Source: Pseudomonadota bacterium (lineage in GTDB: Bacteria > Desulfobacterota > Desulfarculia > Desulfarculales > Desulfarculaceae). From it: a stretch of 64,000 nucleotides of DNA. A program made the translations under genes and the position numbers. Location of the stretch: the NCBI GenBank assembly GCA_018902755.1, contig JAHIQI010000066.1, positions 17,417 to 81,416 of the forward strand, given 5' to 3'. The notes beneath the pieces were generated by a model, which did no database searches, was not told where the DNA came from, and was given only the letters and a program-made list of their open reading frames with translations. Below, piece after piece: positions 11,786 to 22,668 of the stretch. The first letter of the stretch is position 1; every line of letters begins with the position of its first letter.

Positions 11786-12892
11786 CTACGGCCTGTGGAA
11801 TACGAAGCGCCTCATGGCCACGCCTTGTATCAACCCCAGCGCGGCCATGGTGGTGACGAGTGAGGAGCCGCCATAGCTGACAAAGGGCAGGGGGATGCCC
11901 ACCACCGGGAACAGGCCCAGCACCATGCCCACGTTGATCACCGCGGGCCAGAAGATCATGGCCGTGCCGCCGATGACCATCAACAGGCTCTGGCGGTCCT
12001 TGGTCCGGTAGGCGGTGGCGATGCCCCGGTAGACGATGGCCCCCACCAACAGCAGGACCACCATGCCGCCGATGAAGCCCCACTCCTCGGCCAACACCGA
12101 AAAGGCGAAGTCGGTGTGCTGCTCGGGCAGGAAGTGGAGCTGGCTCTGAGTGCCGGCCAAAAAGCCCTTGCCGATAAACTGGCCCGAGCCCACCGCGATC
12201 TTGGACTGGATGAGGTGGTAGGCCGAGCCCAGGGGGTCGCTCTCCGGGTCCAGGAAGCTGAAGATGCGCTGCTTCTGATAGCCCTTCATGAAGCGCCAGA
12301 CCAGGGGCAGGGCCACTATCATGCCGCCCCCGGCGATGGCCAGGTCCCGTAGCTTGACCCCGTTCACCAGGATGACGCTCGCGGCCACCATGAGCACCAA
12401 AAGGCAGGTGCCCAGGTCCGGCTCCTTGAGGATCAACAGGGCGGGCACCAGGGCCAGGCCCACGGGCAAAAGCAACTGGTGCAGGCGGTAGGGCTCGGTC
12501 TGGTCGCGGCGCTGGAAAAAGGAGGCCAACACCAAGACCACGGCCAGGCGGGCCAGCTCCGAGGGCTGGATGACCATGGGGCCCAGGGCCAGCCAGCGCT
12601 GACTGCCGCCGATGACCTTGCCCCAGAACAGCACCGCGGTGAGCAGTATCACCACCAGGAAGTAGAAGGGGTAGGCGATGGTGGACAGGCGCTGGGGCCC
12701 GATCATGGCCACGGCCAGCATCACCACCAGGCCCAGGCCCAGCCAGTAGGTCTGCTTCACGTACACCGCCATGCCCGAACCGGTGAAGGAGCTGGCCGCG
12801 GAGTAGAGGTTGATCACCCCGCAGGCGCCCAGGGCCAGCACCAGAAACAGCAGCAGCCAGTCGAAGCTCGATACCAGACGGCGGTCGATCAT
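11786..12892 (-). CDS. rodA: rod shape-determining SEDS protein RodA (peptidoglycan glycosyltransferase)
   Basis: MIDRRLVSSFDWLLLFLVLALGACGVINLYSA... through ...GIPLPFVSYGGSSLV is the FtsW/RodA/SpoVE signature. ATGA start/stop overlap with mrdA at 12889-12892. The 609-aa track ORF is an over-extension. Confidence 0.93.
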   Translation of the reverse strand: MIDRRLVSSFDWLLLFLVLALGACGVINLYSAASSFTGSGMAVYVKQTYWLGLGLVVMLAVAMIGPQRLSTIAYPFYFLVVILLTAVLFWGKVIGGSQRWLALGPMVIQPSELARLAVVLVLASFFQRRDQTEPYRLHQLLLPVGLALVPALLILKEPDLGTCLLVLMVAASVILVNGVKLRDLAIAGGGMIVALPLVWRFMKGYQKQRIFSFLDPESDPLGSAYHLIQSKIAVGSGQFIGKGFLAGTQSQLHFLPEQHTDFAFSVLAEEWGFIGGMVVLLLVGAIVYRGIATAYRTKDRQSLLMVIGGTAMIFWPAVINVGMVLGLFPVVGIPLPFVSYGGSSLVTTMAALGLIQGVAMRRFVFHRP

Positions 12893-14844
12893 GCGCCCGC
12901 TCCCGGCCGCGCGGGCTTCTTCTTGGGCTTGGGCTGGGCCGCAGGGGCGGCCTTGGGCTTGGGCGGCTCTTTGGGCGGGGGCTCGGGTATGCCGAAGTAG
13001 GCCCGCATCACCGCCGCGGCCACCGGGGCGGCGTCGGAGCCGCCGTGGCCGCCATGCTCCACCACCACCCCCACCGCGATGGTGGGGTTCTCCACCGGGG
13101 CGTAGGCCACGAACAGGGCGTGGGAGCGGTATTTCCAGGGCACGTTCTCTTCGTCGCCGAAGGATTTTTCGAACTTGAGGCCCACCACCTGGGCGGTGCC
13201 GGTCTTGCCGCCCACGGTGATGCCGGGCAGGCGCGCCCGGCGGGCGGTGCCGTGGGGCTCGTTGACCACGGCGGCCAGGCCCTTGGCGACGGTGTCCAGG
13301 TGCTCGGGGGCGATGGGCACCCTGGTCTTGACCGGCTCGGGGGCGGGCACCGGCTCGCCGCCGGGCGGGGTCACCGTCTTGACCAGGGTGGGGGTTACCA
13401 GCATGCCGCCGTTGGCCACCACCGCGGTCATGCGGGCCATCTGCAGGGGAGTGACCAGGGTGAAGCTCTGCCCGATGGCCAACGACAGGGTCTCGCCGTC
13501 TTGCCAGCGCTCCTTGAAGCGCTTCTTCTTCCACTTGGAGTCGGGCACCAGGCCGGGTGACTCGTGGGGCAGGCTTATGCCCGTGGGCCGCCCCAGGCCG
13601 AAAGCCCGGGCCCACTTGGCCAGGCGGTCCACCCCCAGCTTGAGGCCGGTCTTGTAGAAGAATACGTCGCAGGACTCGCGGATGGCCTTGTGGATGTCGG
13701 TGTAGCCGTGGCCGCCCTTCTTGTAGGCCCAGCAGCGGTAGTAGCGGTTGCCGAAGGGCATCTGCCCGGCGCAGAAAAATCGGGTGGTCAGGTCGATGGC
13801 CTTTTCGGCCAGTCCGGCGGCAGAGGTGATGATCTTATAGGTGGAGCCCGGCGGGTACATGCCGCTGATGGCGCGGTCCTTGAGGGGGTGCCTGGGGTCC
13901 TCGGACAGCTCCTTCCACTGCTTGGTGCTCATGCCGGTGATGAAGTCGTTGGGATCGAAGGCGGGGCTGGAGTACAGGCACAGCACCTGGCCGGTGCGCG
14001 GGTCCAGGGCGGCCACCGCCCCCACCCGGCCCTCCAGGGCCTTGGCCGCCGCCTTTTGCAGATTCAGGTTGATGGACAGGGTGAGGTCCGCGCCCCGGCT
14101 GGCCGGGACCTCCTTGATCAGCTTGATCTCCCGGCCCATGGCGTCCACTTCCACCTGGCGGGCTCCCCGGCGGCCGTGCAACACCTGCTCCCGGCTCTTT
14201 TCCAGGCCGTAGCGCCCCACCCAGTCGCCCATGCGGTACACCGCCCGGTTGCTTTGCTCCAGCTCCCGCTTGTTTATCTCGCCCAAATAGCCGATGACGT
14301 GGGCGGCCAGGCGGGGGGCCAGGTAGGCCCGCTGGTAGCGCACCAACACTTTGACCCCGGGCAGCTCGTAGCGGAAGGTCTCCAGCAGGGCCAGCTGATG
14401 GCGGTCCAGGTGGTTGCGCAGCACCACCGGCTTGAAGGGCGGCGCGCCCTGGGCGGCCCGGCGGGCCTTGTCGATCTCCTCGGGGCTCAGGCCCACCAGG
14501 TTGTGCAGGCGGCGGGTGAGCACGGCCCAGTCGCCCACGTCCTCGGGGATCACCGCCAGGGTGAAGGCCGGGCGGTTGTCGGCCAACAGGCGGCCCTCGG
14601 CGTCGAAGATCAGACCCCGGCTGGGGGCCAGGTCCACCAGGCGGATGCGGTTGTTCTCGCTCAACAGGCGGAAGTGCTCGCCCTTGAGCAGCTGGAGATA
14701 CCAAAGGCGGCCCAAGAGCACCACCAGGGCCAGGCCCACCACCACCGCGGCGGTGAGCAGGGCCATGCGGATGTTGGGGTTCTCCCCCGGCTCCAGGCCG
14801 CGCCCCCCCACGGAGGCGGGTTTGGGTACCTGACTCAGGTTCAC
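12889..14844 (-). CDS. mrdA: penicillin-binding protein 2 (elongasome transpeptidase)
   Basis: PBP dimerisation and transpeptidase motifs (PPGSTYK, SCD/ SxN region, KTGTAQ). Start taken as GTG 14844, which overlaps the mreD stop (GTGA). An internal ATG near 14767 is an alternative. Confidence 0.9.
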   Translation of the reverse strand: MNLSQVPKPASVGGRGLEPGENPNIRMALLTAAVVVGLALVVLLGRLWYLQLLKGEHFRLLSENNRIRLVDLAPSRGLIFDAEGRLLADNRPAFTLAVIPEDVGDWAVLTRRLHNLVGLSPEEIDKARRAAQGAPPFKPVVLRNHLDRHQLALLETFRYELPGVKVLVRYQRAYLAPRLAAHVIGYLGEINKRELEQSNRAVYRMGDWVGRYGLEKSREQVLHGRRGARQVEVDAMGREIKLIKEVPASRGADLTLSINLNLQKAAAKALEGRVGAVAALDPRTGQVLCLYSSPAFDPNDFITGMSTKQWKELSEDPRHPLKDRAISGMYPPGSTYKIITSAAGLAEKAIDLTTRFFCAGQMPFGNRYYRCWAYKKGGHGYTDIHKAIRESCDVFFYKTGLKLGVDRLAKWARAFGLGRPTGISLPHESPGLVPDSKWKKKRFKERWQDGETLSLAIGQSFTLVTPLQMARMTAVVANGGMLVTPTLVKTVTPPGGEPVPAPEPVKTRVPIAPEHLDTVAKGLAAVVNEPHGTARRARLPGITVGGKTGTAQVVGLKFEKSFGDEENVPWKYRSHALFVAYAPVENPTIAVGVVVEHGGHGGSDAAPVAAAVMRAYFGIPEPPPKEPPKPKAAPAAQPKPKKKPARPGAGA

Positions 14845-15434
14845 GGGGTCACCTTGCGCTCGGCGGGCCAGAAGCGGGCCAACATCCCCACCAGGGCCTC
14901 GTTGAGCCCGAAGAACAGGGGCGCGGTGAAGGCGTTGATCAGCCCCTGGGCCAACAGCAGCAGGGGCAGGTTCACCGGGGGCACGTAGGAGGGCACGGTG
15001 AGGGTCACCGCCCCGGCGGTGAGCAGGTGATCCAGGATGGTGAGCACCCCCACCGAGAGCATCTGAAAGGGCCAGGAGGTGATGTCCAGCTTGCGCCGGG
15101 CCAGCTGGCAGATCACATATACCACGGTGAAGATCACCACGTTCAGGCCCATGACCCCGCCGGAGATGAGGTCGGCCACGTAGCCCAGGAACATGACCAC
15201 GATAAAGCCCAGCACCAGGGGCAGGCGGTAGCCCGCCGAGACCACCAGGACGATGAGGGGCTCCAGGCGCAGCGGCCCCAGGGCCCACCAGGAAAAGGCG
15301 GTGGTGCCCAAAACGGCCAACAGCAGGCCCATCACGGCGGTGCCCAGGGCCCGGGGCCAGCGGCTGGGTTCGCGCCTCAAGCGGGCCTCGCCGGGTTGGC
15401 CGGAGCCGCCCCGCGCTTCGCTTGGGGGCTCCAT
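14841..15434 (-). CDS. mreD: rod shape-determining protein MreD
   Basis: Small polytopic membrane protein between mreC and mrdA. Start uncertain (15434 or an internal Met). Confidence 0.75.
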   Translation of the reverse strand: MEPPSEARGGSGQPGEARLRREPSRWPRALGTAVMGLLLAVLGTTAFSWWALGPLRLEPLIVLVVSAGYRLPLVLGFIVVMFLGYVADLISGGVMGLNVVIFTVVYVICQLARRKLDITSWPFQMLSVGVLTILDHLLTAGAVTLTVPSYVPPVNLPLLLLAQGLINAFTAPLFFGLNEALVGMLARFWPAERKVTP

Positions 15435-15465
15435 ATAGTATGGTAGCGGGTCATGGCCACAACCT

Positions 15466-16293
15466 CTATTGGTCCAGCTGGCGGCGGCGCAAGAGCACCA
15501 GCACTTCCTCCAGCCGTCCGAAATCCACCGCCGGGGTTATCTGCACCCGCTGGAAGGCCCCGTCCTGTCCCTGGCGAACCGCCGACACCGTGCCCACCAA
15601 GACCCCCTTGGGGTAGACCCCGGCGGCCCCGCTGGTGATCACCTTGTCCCCCAGGCGCACGTCCTCGGTGTGGATGAGATACTTCAGGCGCAACTCCCCG
15701 CCGGGCGCGCCCTCGGCCACCCCGCGGGCCCGGGAGCGCTGCACGATAACATCCACCCCGGAGTTGGGGTCGATCAAAAGCAAGAGCTTGGCGTAGTGGG
15801 GGCTGGACCAGATGACCCGGCCCACCGCCCCCTGGGCGCAGACCACCGGCATCAGGGGCAGCACCCCGTGGGAAGCGCCCTTGTTGATGATCACCGTCTT
15901 GAACTGGGCGCTGGGGTCGGTGCCCACCACCTCGGCGGCCACGATGGGGTAGTCCAGGTTCTGCTTGAACTCCAAGAGTTTTTTGAGCCGCCGGTTGGCC
16001 AGTTCCAACTCGTCGCGGTCCACGGTGCGCTGCTTGAGGGCGGCCAGCTCATTTTTGAGCCGGTCGTTTTCCTCGGAGGCCTGCACCAGGGCGAAGTAGT
16101 GGCGCCAGACGGAGTTGAACCAGTCACCCACCCCGGTGATTCCCCGTTGCACCGGGCCGGTCAGCTCCAACAGATAGCGCCCGGCGGGGATTCGCTCCAC
16201 GCCCTTGCCCGCGCTGAAGGAAAAGTAGGCCAAGGCCCCCAATACAAAGAGGCCCACGATGATGGGAAAGCGGTACTTGCGGAAAAAGTTCAC
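15466..16293 (-). CDS. mreC: rod shape-determining protein MreC
   Basis: N-terminal TM segment, coiled coil (NDRLKNELAALKQR), and a C-terminal beta-barrel domain (GDKVITSGAAGVYPKGVLVGTV). Confidence 0.92.
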   Translation of the reverse strand: MNFFRKYRFPIIVGLFVLGALAYFSFSAGKGVERIPAGRYLLELTGPVQRGITGVGDWFNSVWRHYFALVQASEENDRLKNELAALKQRTVDRDELELANRRLKKLLEFKQNLDYPIVAAEVVGTDPSAQFKTVIINKGASHGVLPLMPVVCAQGAVGRVIWSSPHYAKLLLLIDPNSGVDVIVQRSRARGVAEGAPGGELRLKYLIHTEDVRLGDKVITSGAAGVYPKGVLVGTVSAVRQGQDGAFQRVQITPAVDFGRLEEVLVLLRRRQLDQ

Positions 16294-16354
16294 TGTGTCA
16301 TGACCAAAGTGTTGCGGCCGTACCCAGGGCGCCGCCTATGGGCTCCGGCGGCGG

Positions 16355-17587
<1,233 letters not shown>

Positions 17588-17776
17588 TCACCCTGGGGAT
17601 TTGACAAGCACCGGCTCGTGTGATTAACTTTGCACCTTGCATGGCCGCCCGCCTGCGGGCGCGGGCCCCCAACTTTGGCCCCGCCGACATTCAGGGCGCG
17701 CTCCAACCCCAGGCCCCCGGCCGGACCACAGGTTCGGGCAGGGACCTATACCTGTTTTTGCAAAGGGTGGTAACCG

Positions 17777-17911
17777 ATGAAACAGACCTATCAACCCAGC
17801 AACACCAAGCGCAAGCGCACCCACGGCTTTCTTGTCCGCAGCCGCACCCGCGGAGGCCGTGCCGTGTTGGCGCGCCGCCGCTCCAGAGGCCGTAAGCGGC
17901 TGGCCGTGTGA
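17777..17911 (+). CDS. rpmH: 50S ribosomal protein L34
   Basis: [44 protein letters not shown]. Too short for the ORF track; found by reading upstream of rnpA. Confidence 0.95.
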   Translation: MKQTYQPSNTKRKRTHGFLVRSRTRGGRAVLARRRSRGRKRLAV

Positions 17912-17926
17912 GGCTAGCGGGGGCCG

Positions 17927-18292
17927 ATGACCGGAAGGGACTTCTCTCTGCCCAAATCGGCGCGCCTTCGCACCCGGCCCCAGTATCTGGCCGTGCAGGG
18001 CGATGCCAAGCGCCGCCGCAGCCGCCATTTCACCTTGCTGTGGCGGCCCAACGGCCAGGCCCAAAGCCGTTTGGGAATCACCGTGACCCGGCGAGTGTCC
18101 GGCGCGGTGGGGCGCAACCGGGTGAAACGCCTGGTGCGCGAAGCCTTCCGGCATTTCCGGACCCAGCTGCCGCCCGGCCTGGACCTGGTGGTGGTGGCCG
18201 CTCCCGGAGCCCCCGATCTCGGCCTTTCGCAAGTCCGTCAAGAACTGTGGGAGCTTTGCCAATCCCTGAAAACTCCGGACCCGCCCGCTTGA
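17927..18292 (+). CDS. rnpA: ribonuclease P protein component
   Basis: Basic 121-aa protein directly after rpmH; RLGITVTRRVSGAVGRNRVKRLVREAFR is the RNR motif region. Confidence 0.9.
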   Translation: MTGRDFSLPKSARLRTRPQYLAVQGDAKRRRSRHFTLLWRPNGQAQSRLGITVTRRVSGAVGRNRVKRLVREAFRHFRTQLPPGLDLVVVAAPGAPDLGLSQVRQELWELCQSLKTPDPPA

Positions 18293-18504
18293 GCCTCGGC
18301 GTCACGGCGGTGAGGGCGTTGGTGCGCCTTTACCAACTCACCCTGAGCCCCTATCTGGGCGGCCAGTGCCGCTTTTATCCCACATGTTCCAATTACGCCC
18401 TGGACGCCCTGGCCAAGTACGGCCTGTGGCGCGGGCTGGGCAAGAGCCTTTGGCGAATCGCCCGCTGCCATCCATTCTCCGCCGGCGGTCACGACCCGGC
18501 CTAG
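18289..18504 (+). CDS. yidD: membrane protein insertion efficiency factor YidD
   Basis: YQLTLSPYLGGQCRFYPTCSNYALDALAKYGLWRGLGKSLWRIARCHPFSAGGHDP. TTG start overlaps the rnpA stop. Same frame as track ORF 17908..18504. Confidence 0.9.
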   Translation: MSLGVTAVRALVRLYQLTLSPYLGGQCRFYPTCSNYALDALAKYGLWRGLGKSLWRIARCHPFSAGGHDPA

Positions 18505-18537
18505 GCCGGTGCGCGCCCCGCCCTGGGAAACGCGATC

Positions 18538-20199
18538 ATGGATCAAAAACGTATGCTGCTGGCCCTGGCCCTTAGTGTGGGCCTTATGTGGGCCTGGATA
18601 ATGCTTTTCGGGGACAACAAGCCCAAACCGGCTCCCACCCCCCCGCCCCAGGCCGCTCAAAGCCAGACCCAGACTTCCAAGGGCCAGGCCCCGACCAGCA
18701 CCACTCCGGCCCAGCAGGCTCCCGCTCCGGCGGCCCCGGCCCCGGGGGCGGTGCTCAGCGGCCCCGAGACCCTGGTTGAGGTCAAGACTCCTCTATATAC
18801 CGCCATCTTCACCAGCCGAGGCGGCGGGGTGAGGACCGTGTCCCTGCAGGATTATTACAACCACCCGGAAAAACAGGGCGGCCACTTCGCGGTGCTGGAC
18901 CTGGCCGAGGGCCAGCCCGCCTCCCTGGCATTCAACCTGACCAAGCTGGCCCCCAAGCTGGACACCCAGAACTTCACTCCCTCCACTGACAAGCTCCGCG
19001 TGACCCAGGGGACCAAGACCCTCACCTTCACCACCACCGTGGCCGGAGTGACCGTGGAGAAGACCTACGTCTTCCGGGCCGACTCCTACGCCTGGGACCT
19101 GAAGGTGCGCCTGATCAACAACAGCGGCAAGCCGCTGGGCCTGCAACCCTCCCTGGGTTTGGTGGAGGCCAAAAAGCGTGCCGAATCGGCGGCCTACGCC
19201 TTCACCGGCATCCAGTACTCCAAGGACGGCCACTACAATGAGATGAGCGCCGGCGACCTGGACGACAACCCCAAGGACACCGGCGACATCAAATACCTGG
19301 CCCTGTCCATCCCCTACTTCATGGGCGCGGTGGCCCCCCTGGACGCCCAGGGCGCGGCCCCGGCCAAGCGCTTCGTGGCCGGCTCCGAGGCCGGCCCGCT
19401 CATGGTGGCCACGGTGATCGAGCCCCTGGTGGAGCTGGCTCCCGGCACCAGCCGCGAGTTGGGCTATCTGGTCTACTACGGCCCCAAGGACCTCAAGATC
19501 CTCAACCCCCTGGGCCACGACCTGTCCGACGCGGTGGACTTCGGCTGGTTCGACGTGATCGCCAAGCCATTCCTCATCGTCATGAACTTCATCTACGACT
19601 TCATCGGCAACTACGGCATCGCCATCATCTTCGTGACCCTGCTGACCAAGCTCATCTTCTGGCCGCTCACCCGCAAGAGCTACCAGTCCATGAAGTCCAT
19701 GCAGTCGCTTCAGCCCCATGTGAAGCGCATCCGCGAAAAGTACGCCGACGACAAGCAGCGCATGAACCAAGAGATCATGCAGCTATATAAGACATATAAG
19801 GTGAACCCGGCAGGGGGCTGCCTGCCCATGGTGGTGCAGATCCCGGTGTTCATCGCCTTCTACAAGGTGCTGGGCAACGCCATCGAGCTTAGGCACGCCC
19901 CGTTCATGCTGTGGATGAACGACCTGTCCGCCCCGGACCGCCTGCCCATCGGCTTCGACATCCCCTACGTGGGAGCCGGGCTGCCGGTCTTGACCCTGCT
20001 CATGGGCGCGTCCATGTTCCTGCAGCAGAAGATGACCCCCACCACCGGCGACCCCACCCAGGCCAAGATGATGCTCATGATGCCGGTGGTGTTCACGGTG
20101 ATGTTCATCAACTTCCCGGCGGGTCTGGTGCTCTACTGGCTGGTCAACAACCTCTTCAGCATCGGCCAGCAGTACCTCACCAACAAGAGCAAGACGTGA
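18538..20199 (+). CDS. yidC: membrane protein insertase YidC
   Basis: 553 aa; large periplasmic domain and a conserved C-terminal core (GGCLPMVVQIPVFIAFY, LYWLVNNLFSIGQQ). Confidence 0.97.
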   Translation: MDQKRMLLALALSVGLMWAWIMLFGDNKPKPAPTPPPQAAQSQTQTSKGQAPTSTTPAQQAPAPAAPAPGAVLSGPETLVEVKTPLYTAIFTSRGGGVRTVSLQDYYNHPEKQGGHFAVLDLAEGQPASLAFNLTKLAPKLDTQNFTPSTDKLRVTQGTKTLTFTTTVAGVTVEKTYVFRADSYAWDLKVRLINNSGKPLGLQPSLGLVEAKKRAESAAYAFTGIQYSKDGHYNEMSAGDLDDNPKDTGDIKYLALSIPYFMGAVAPLDAQGAAPAKRFVAGSEAGPLMVATVIEPLVELAPGTSRELGYLVYYGPKDLKILNPLGHDLSDAVDFGWFDVIAKPFLIVMNFIYDFIGNYGIAIIFVTLLTKLIFWPLTRKSYQSMKSMQSLQPHVKRIREKYADDKQRMNQEIMQLYKTYKVNPAGGCLPMVVQIPVFIAFYKVLGNAIELRHAPFMLWMNDLSAPDRLPIGFDIPYVGAGLPVLTLLMGASMFLQQKMTPTTGDPTQAKMMLMMPVVFTVMFINFPAGLVLYWLVNNLFSIGQQYLTNKSKT

Positions 20200-20205
20200 T
20201 CTTCC

Positions 20206-21162
20206 ATGGAACACGTTGAATTTACGGGAAAAACAACGGAGGATGCCCTTAGGGCCGCCGAAGAGCACTTTGGCCTGAGCCTGGGTCAGCTGGAAGTGGA
20301 AGTGGTCAGCGCCGGCTCCAGCGGCTTCTTCGGACTCCTGGGGGCCAAGAAGGCGATGATCAAGGCCCGGCCCCAGGGCAAGAGTTCTGCCGACGAAGTG
20401 GCCCAGATGATGGCCGACTTCACCGACAGCGTGCCTGGAGCAAAAAAGGCCGCGCCCGCGCCGTCCCCCAAGCCACAGGCCAGGCCCGCCCCCAGGCCGC
20501 AACCACGGCCCCCGGCCGCTCCCAAGGCGGAGCCGCCCAAGGCCAGGCCCAAGCCGACGCCGCAGCCCCAGGCCGCGCCGGAGCCCAAGAGCGAACCGCG
20601 CCCGGCTCCCCCCCGGCCCACGGCCCCTCCGGCCCAGGACGCCGCGCCCGCCCCGGCAAAGGAGGCCCCCGCCCCCGCGCCCAGCGAGGGACCGGCCGAG
20701 CCCGGGCCGGACCAGGCGGAGATGGTGGCTTTCGGCAAAGAGGTGCTGGAGCGCCTGACCCAGGCCCTGGACCCCAATGCCACGGTGGAAGCGGCCAAGA
20801 ACGAGCAGGGACCGGGCCTGTCCATCAACGGGGCCGACTCCGGGGTGGTCATCGGCCGCCGGGGCCAGACCCTGGACGCCCTGCAATACCTGGTGACCCG
20901 CATCGTGAGCCACAAGTACGGCAGGGCGGTGCATCTGAGCGTGGACGCGGGCGGCTACCGCCAGCGGCGGCGCTCCTCCCTGGAAGATACCGCCCGGCGC
21001 TTGGCCGACAAGGCCCGCTCCAGCCGCAAGGCCCAGAGCATGGGCCCCTTGAACTCCCAGGAGCGCCGCCTGGTGCATTTGGTGCTGCGCAGCCAGCGGG
21101 GCATCAGCACGGTGAGCCGGGGCAAGGGCGAAATGAAAAAGGTGGTCATCACCCCGCGTTAG
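20206..21162 (+). CDS. jag: Jag/KhpB RNA-binding protein (Jag_N, long Pro/Ala linker, KH, R3H)
   Basis: N-terminus MEHVEFTGKTTEDALRAAEEHFGL and C-terminal R3H-like region (MGPLNSQERRLVHLVL). Conserved position after yidC. Confidence 0.88.
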   Translation: MEHVEFTGKTTEDALRAAEEHFGLSLGQLEVEVVSAGSSGFFGLLGAKKAMIKARPQGKSSADEVAQMMADFTDSVPGAKKAAPAPSPKPQARPAPRPQPRPPAAPKAEPPKARPKPTPQPQAAPEPKSEPRPAPPRPTAPPAQDAAPAPAKEAPAPAPSEGPAEPGPDQAEMVAFGKEVLERLTQALDPNATVEAAKNEQGPGLSINGADSGVVIGRRGQTLDALQYLVTRIVSHKYGRAVHLSVDAGGYRQRRRSSLEDTARRLADKARSSRKAQSMGPLNSQERRLVHLVLRSQRGISTVSRGKGEMKKVVITPR

Positions 21163-21187
21163 GGCCGCCGAACCAACCGACCAGCCA

Positions 21188-21216
21188 GGGGCCTCCACGC
21201 GGAGGCCCCTTTTTTT
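21188..21216 (+). terminator. intrinsic terminator after jag
   Basis: Perfect 9-bp stem GGGGCCTCC/GGAGGCCCC, 4-nt loop, then TTTTTTT. Confidence 0.85.
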
Positions 21217-21291
21217 GGCCCGGTGGACACCGACCGACGGGAAATATAAACTGTTCTGGCCGATAAAGGCGCCATCAAGGCGAAGCGAAGC

Positions 21292-22668
21292 ATGGACCAA
21301 GACACCATCGCGGCCATAGCCACCCCGGCGGGGGCGGGCGGCATAGGCATCCTGCGCATCTCCGGGCCCCAGGCCGGGGAGGTGGCGGCCCGCCTGTTTT
21401 GCCCCGGCGACCCCCGCCTGGACGCCCGCGCCCTGCCGCCCCGGCGGCTGGTGCTGGGCCAGGCCCTGGGCCGGCAGGGCAGGGCGGTGGACCAGGTGTT
21501 GGCGGTGCGCTTCCCGGCCCCCCACTCCTATACCACCCAGGAGGTGGTGGAGTTGCAGAGCCACGGCGGCCCGGCGGTGCTGCAAGCCCTGCTGGCCGCC
21601 GCCCTGGAGGCGGGGTGCCGCCTGGCCCGGCCCGGCGAGTTCACCCTGCGGGCCTATCTGGGGGGGCGTCTGGACCTCTGCCAGGCCGAGGCGGTGGCCC
21701 AGCTCATCGCCGCCCAGAGCGAGAGCGAGGCGGGCCTGGCCATGGCCGGGCTGACCGGCGGCCTGTCCCAGGTTTTGGGGCCGGTGCGCGCGGCGCTGAC
21801 CCTGGCCGCGGCCACGGTGGAGGCGGCCATCGATTTTCCCGAGGAAACCAGCGAGATAGCCGGTCCCGCCCTGGCCGAAGACCTGCGCCGCCTGGCCCTG
21901 GAACCGCTGCAAAAAGTGGTGGCCCGGCGGCAATCGGGCCGAATTTGGCGGGAAGGAGCCCTGGTGGTGCTCTGCGGCAGGCCCAACGTGGGCAAAAGCT
22001 CGCTGTTCAACGCCCTGTTGGGGCAGGACCGGGCCATAGTGACCCCCACGGCGGGCACCACCCGCGACGCCATCGAGGAAAGCGCCCTGCTGGGCGGGGT
22101 GGTCTGCCGCCTCACCGACACCGCGGGCCTGGGTCTGGAACCCGGCGAGCTGGAGGCCCTGGGCCGGGCGGCGGCCCGGGAGCGGTTGGGCCGGGCCGAC
22201 CTGGCCCTGGTGGTGCTGGACGGCGGCGCGCCGCTGAACGATGAGGACCGCGAGGTTTTGGCCGCCACCAAGGGAACCAAGCGGGTGATCGCGGTGAACA
22301 AGGCCGACCTGGACCATGCCTGGGATTTGGAAGCGGCAGGGGAGGGCGCACCGGCCCTCAGGGTCAGCGCCAAGCGGGGATCGGGCCTGGATGAGCTGGC
22401 CACGTCGGTGGGGGCGGCGCTCACCGGCGGCCAGGCCGAGCCCGCGCCCGGCGAGGCGGTGGCCGGCAAGCGCCAGGCCGAGGCCCTGGCCGCCTGCGCC
22501 TCGGCGGTGCAGCGGGCGCTGGAAGGGCTGGCGGCCCAGAGCGTGGCCGCCGAGCTGGTGTCGGTGGATCTGGCCGAGGCCCTGGCCCGCCTGGGCGAGG
22601 TGGACGGGGTGGACGCCCCGGATTCGGTGATCGACGCGATTTTTGACGAATTTTGCGTGGGAAAGTAG
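21292..22668 (+). CDS. mnmE: tRNA uridine-5-carboxymethylaminomethyl modification GTPase MnmE
   Basis: DTIAAIATPAGAGGIGILRISG, G1 motif GRPNVGKSSLFNAL, C-terminal ...FCVGK tetrapeptide. Confidence 0.96.
   Translation: MDQDTIAAIATPAGAGGIGILRISGPQAGEVAARLFCPGDPRLDARALPPRRLVLGQALGRQGRAVDQVLAVRFPAPHSYTTQEVVELQSHGGPAVLQALLAAALEAGCRLARPGEFTLRAYLGGRLDLCQAEAVAQLIAAQSESEAGLAMAGLTGGLSQVLGPVRAALTLAAATVEAAIDFPEETSEIAGPALAEDLRRLALEPLQKVVARRQSGRIWREGALVVLCGRPNVGKSSLFNALLGQDRAIVTPTAGTTRDAIEESALLGGVVCRLTDTAGLGLEPGELEALGRAAARERLGRADLALVVLDGGAPLNDEDREVLAATKGTKRVIAVNKADLDHAWDLEAAGEGAPALRVSAKRGSGLDELATSVGAALTGGQAEPAPGEAVAGKRQAEALAACASAVQRALEGLAAQSVAAELVSVDLAEALARLGEVDGVDAPDSVIDAIFDEFCVGK

Noticed and set aside
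11534-11876. Short ORFs translating the repeats (for example MLGFASLYPTYA.. at 11589, 58276 and 40594-end; MGRAKRNPT.. at 30710 and 58076-58303(-)).
   Set aside because: They exist only because the family-A repeat happens to lack stops. They occur in both orientations at every copy and have no RBS or consistent length.
11786-13615. 609-aa track ORF that would extend RodA 240 aa upstream. Comparable over-extensions affect mrdA (to 15288), mreB (to 17578), the bactofilin (to 10798), the second hydrolase (from 54174), the VWA gene (from 59297) and rimO (from 28758).
   Set aside because: The extensions overlap the preceding real genes in other frames and have Arg/Pro/Gly-rich nonsense composition. 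Conserved N-termini with RBS or start/stop overlaps are found internally, so I trimmed the starts.
17601-17629. TTGACA-17 nt-TTAACT considered as a possible rpmH promoter.
   Set aside because: The -10 hexamer matches only 3 of 6 positions and would give a ~140-nt leader. Too weak to list as a feature.
19783-22317. 844-aa minus-strand ORF opposite yidC/jag/mnmE. Similar giants occur at 36850..39186(-), 6038..8347(+), 4277..5911(+), 50798..52468(+), 41317..42663(+, N-terminal part) and 1220..2947(+, N-terminal part).
   Set aside because: They lie antisense or out of frame to unmistakable conserved genes. Their translations are dominated by G/R/A/P/H/L/Q/V with no motifs. Long stop-free shadow frames like this are expected in GC-rich DNA.
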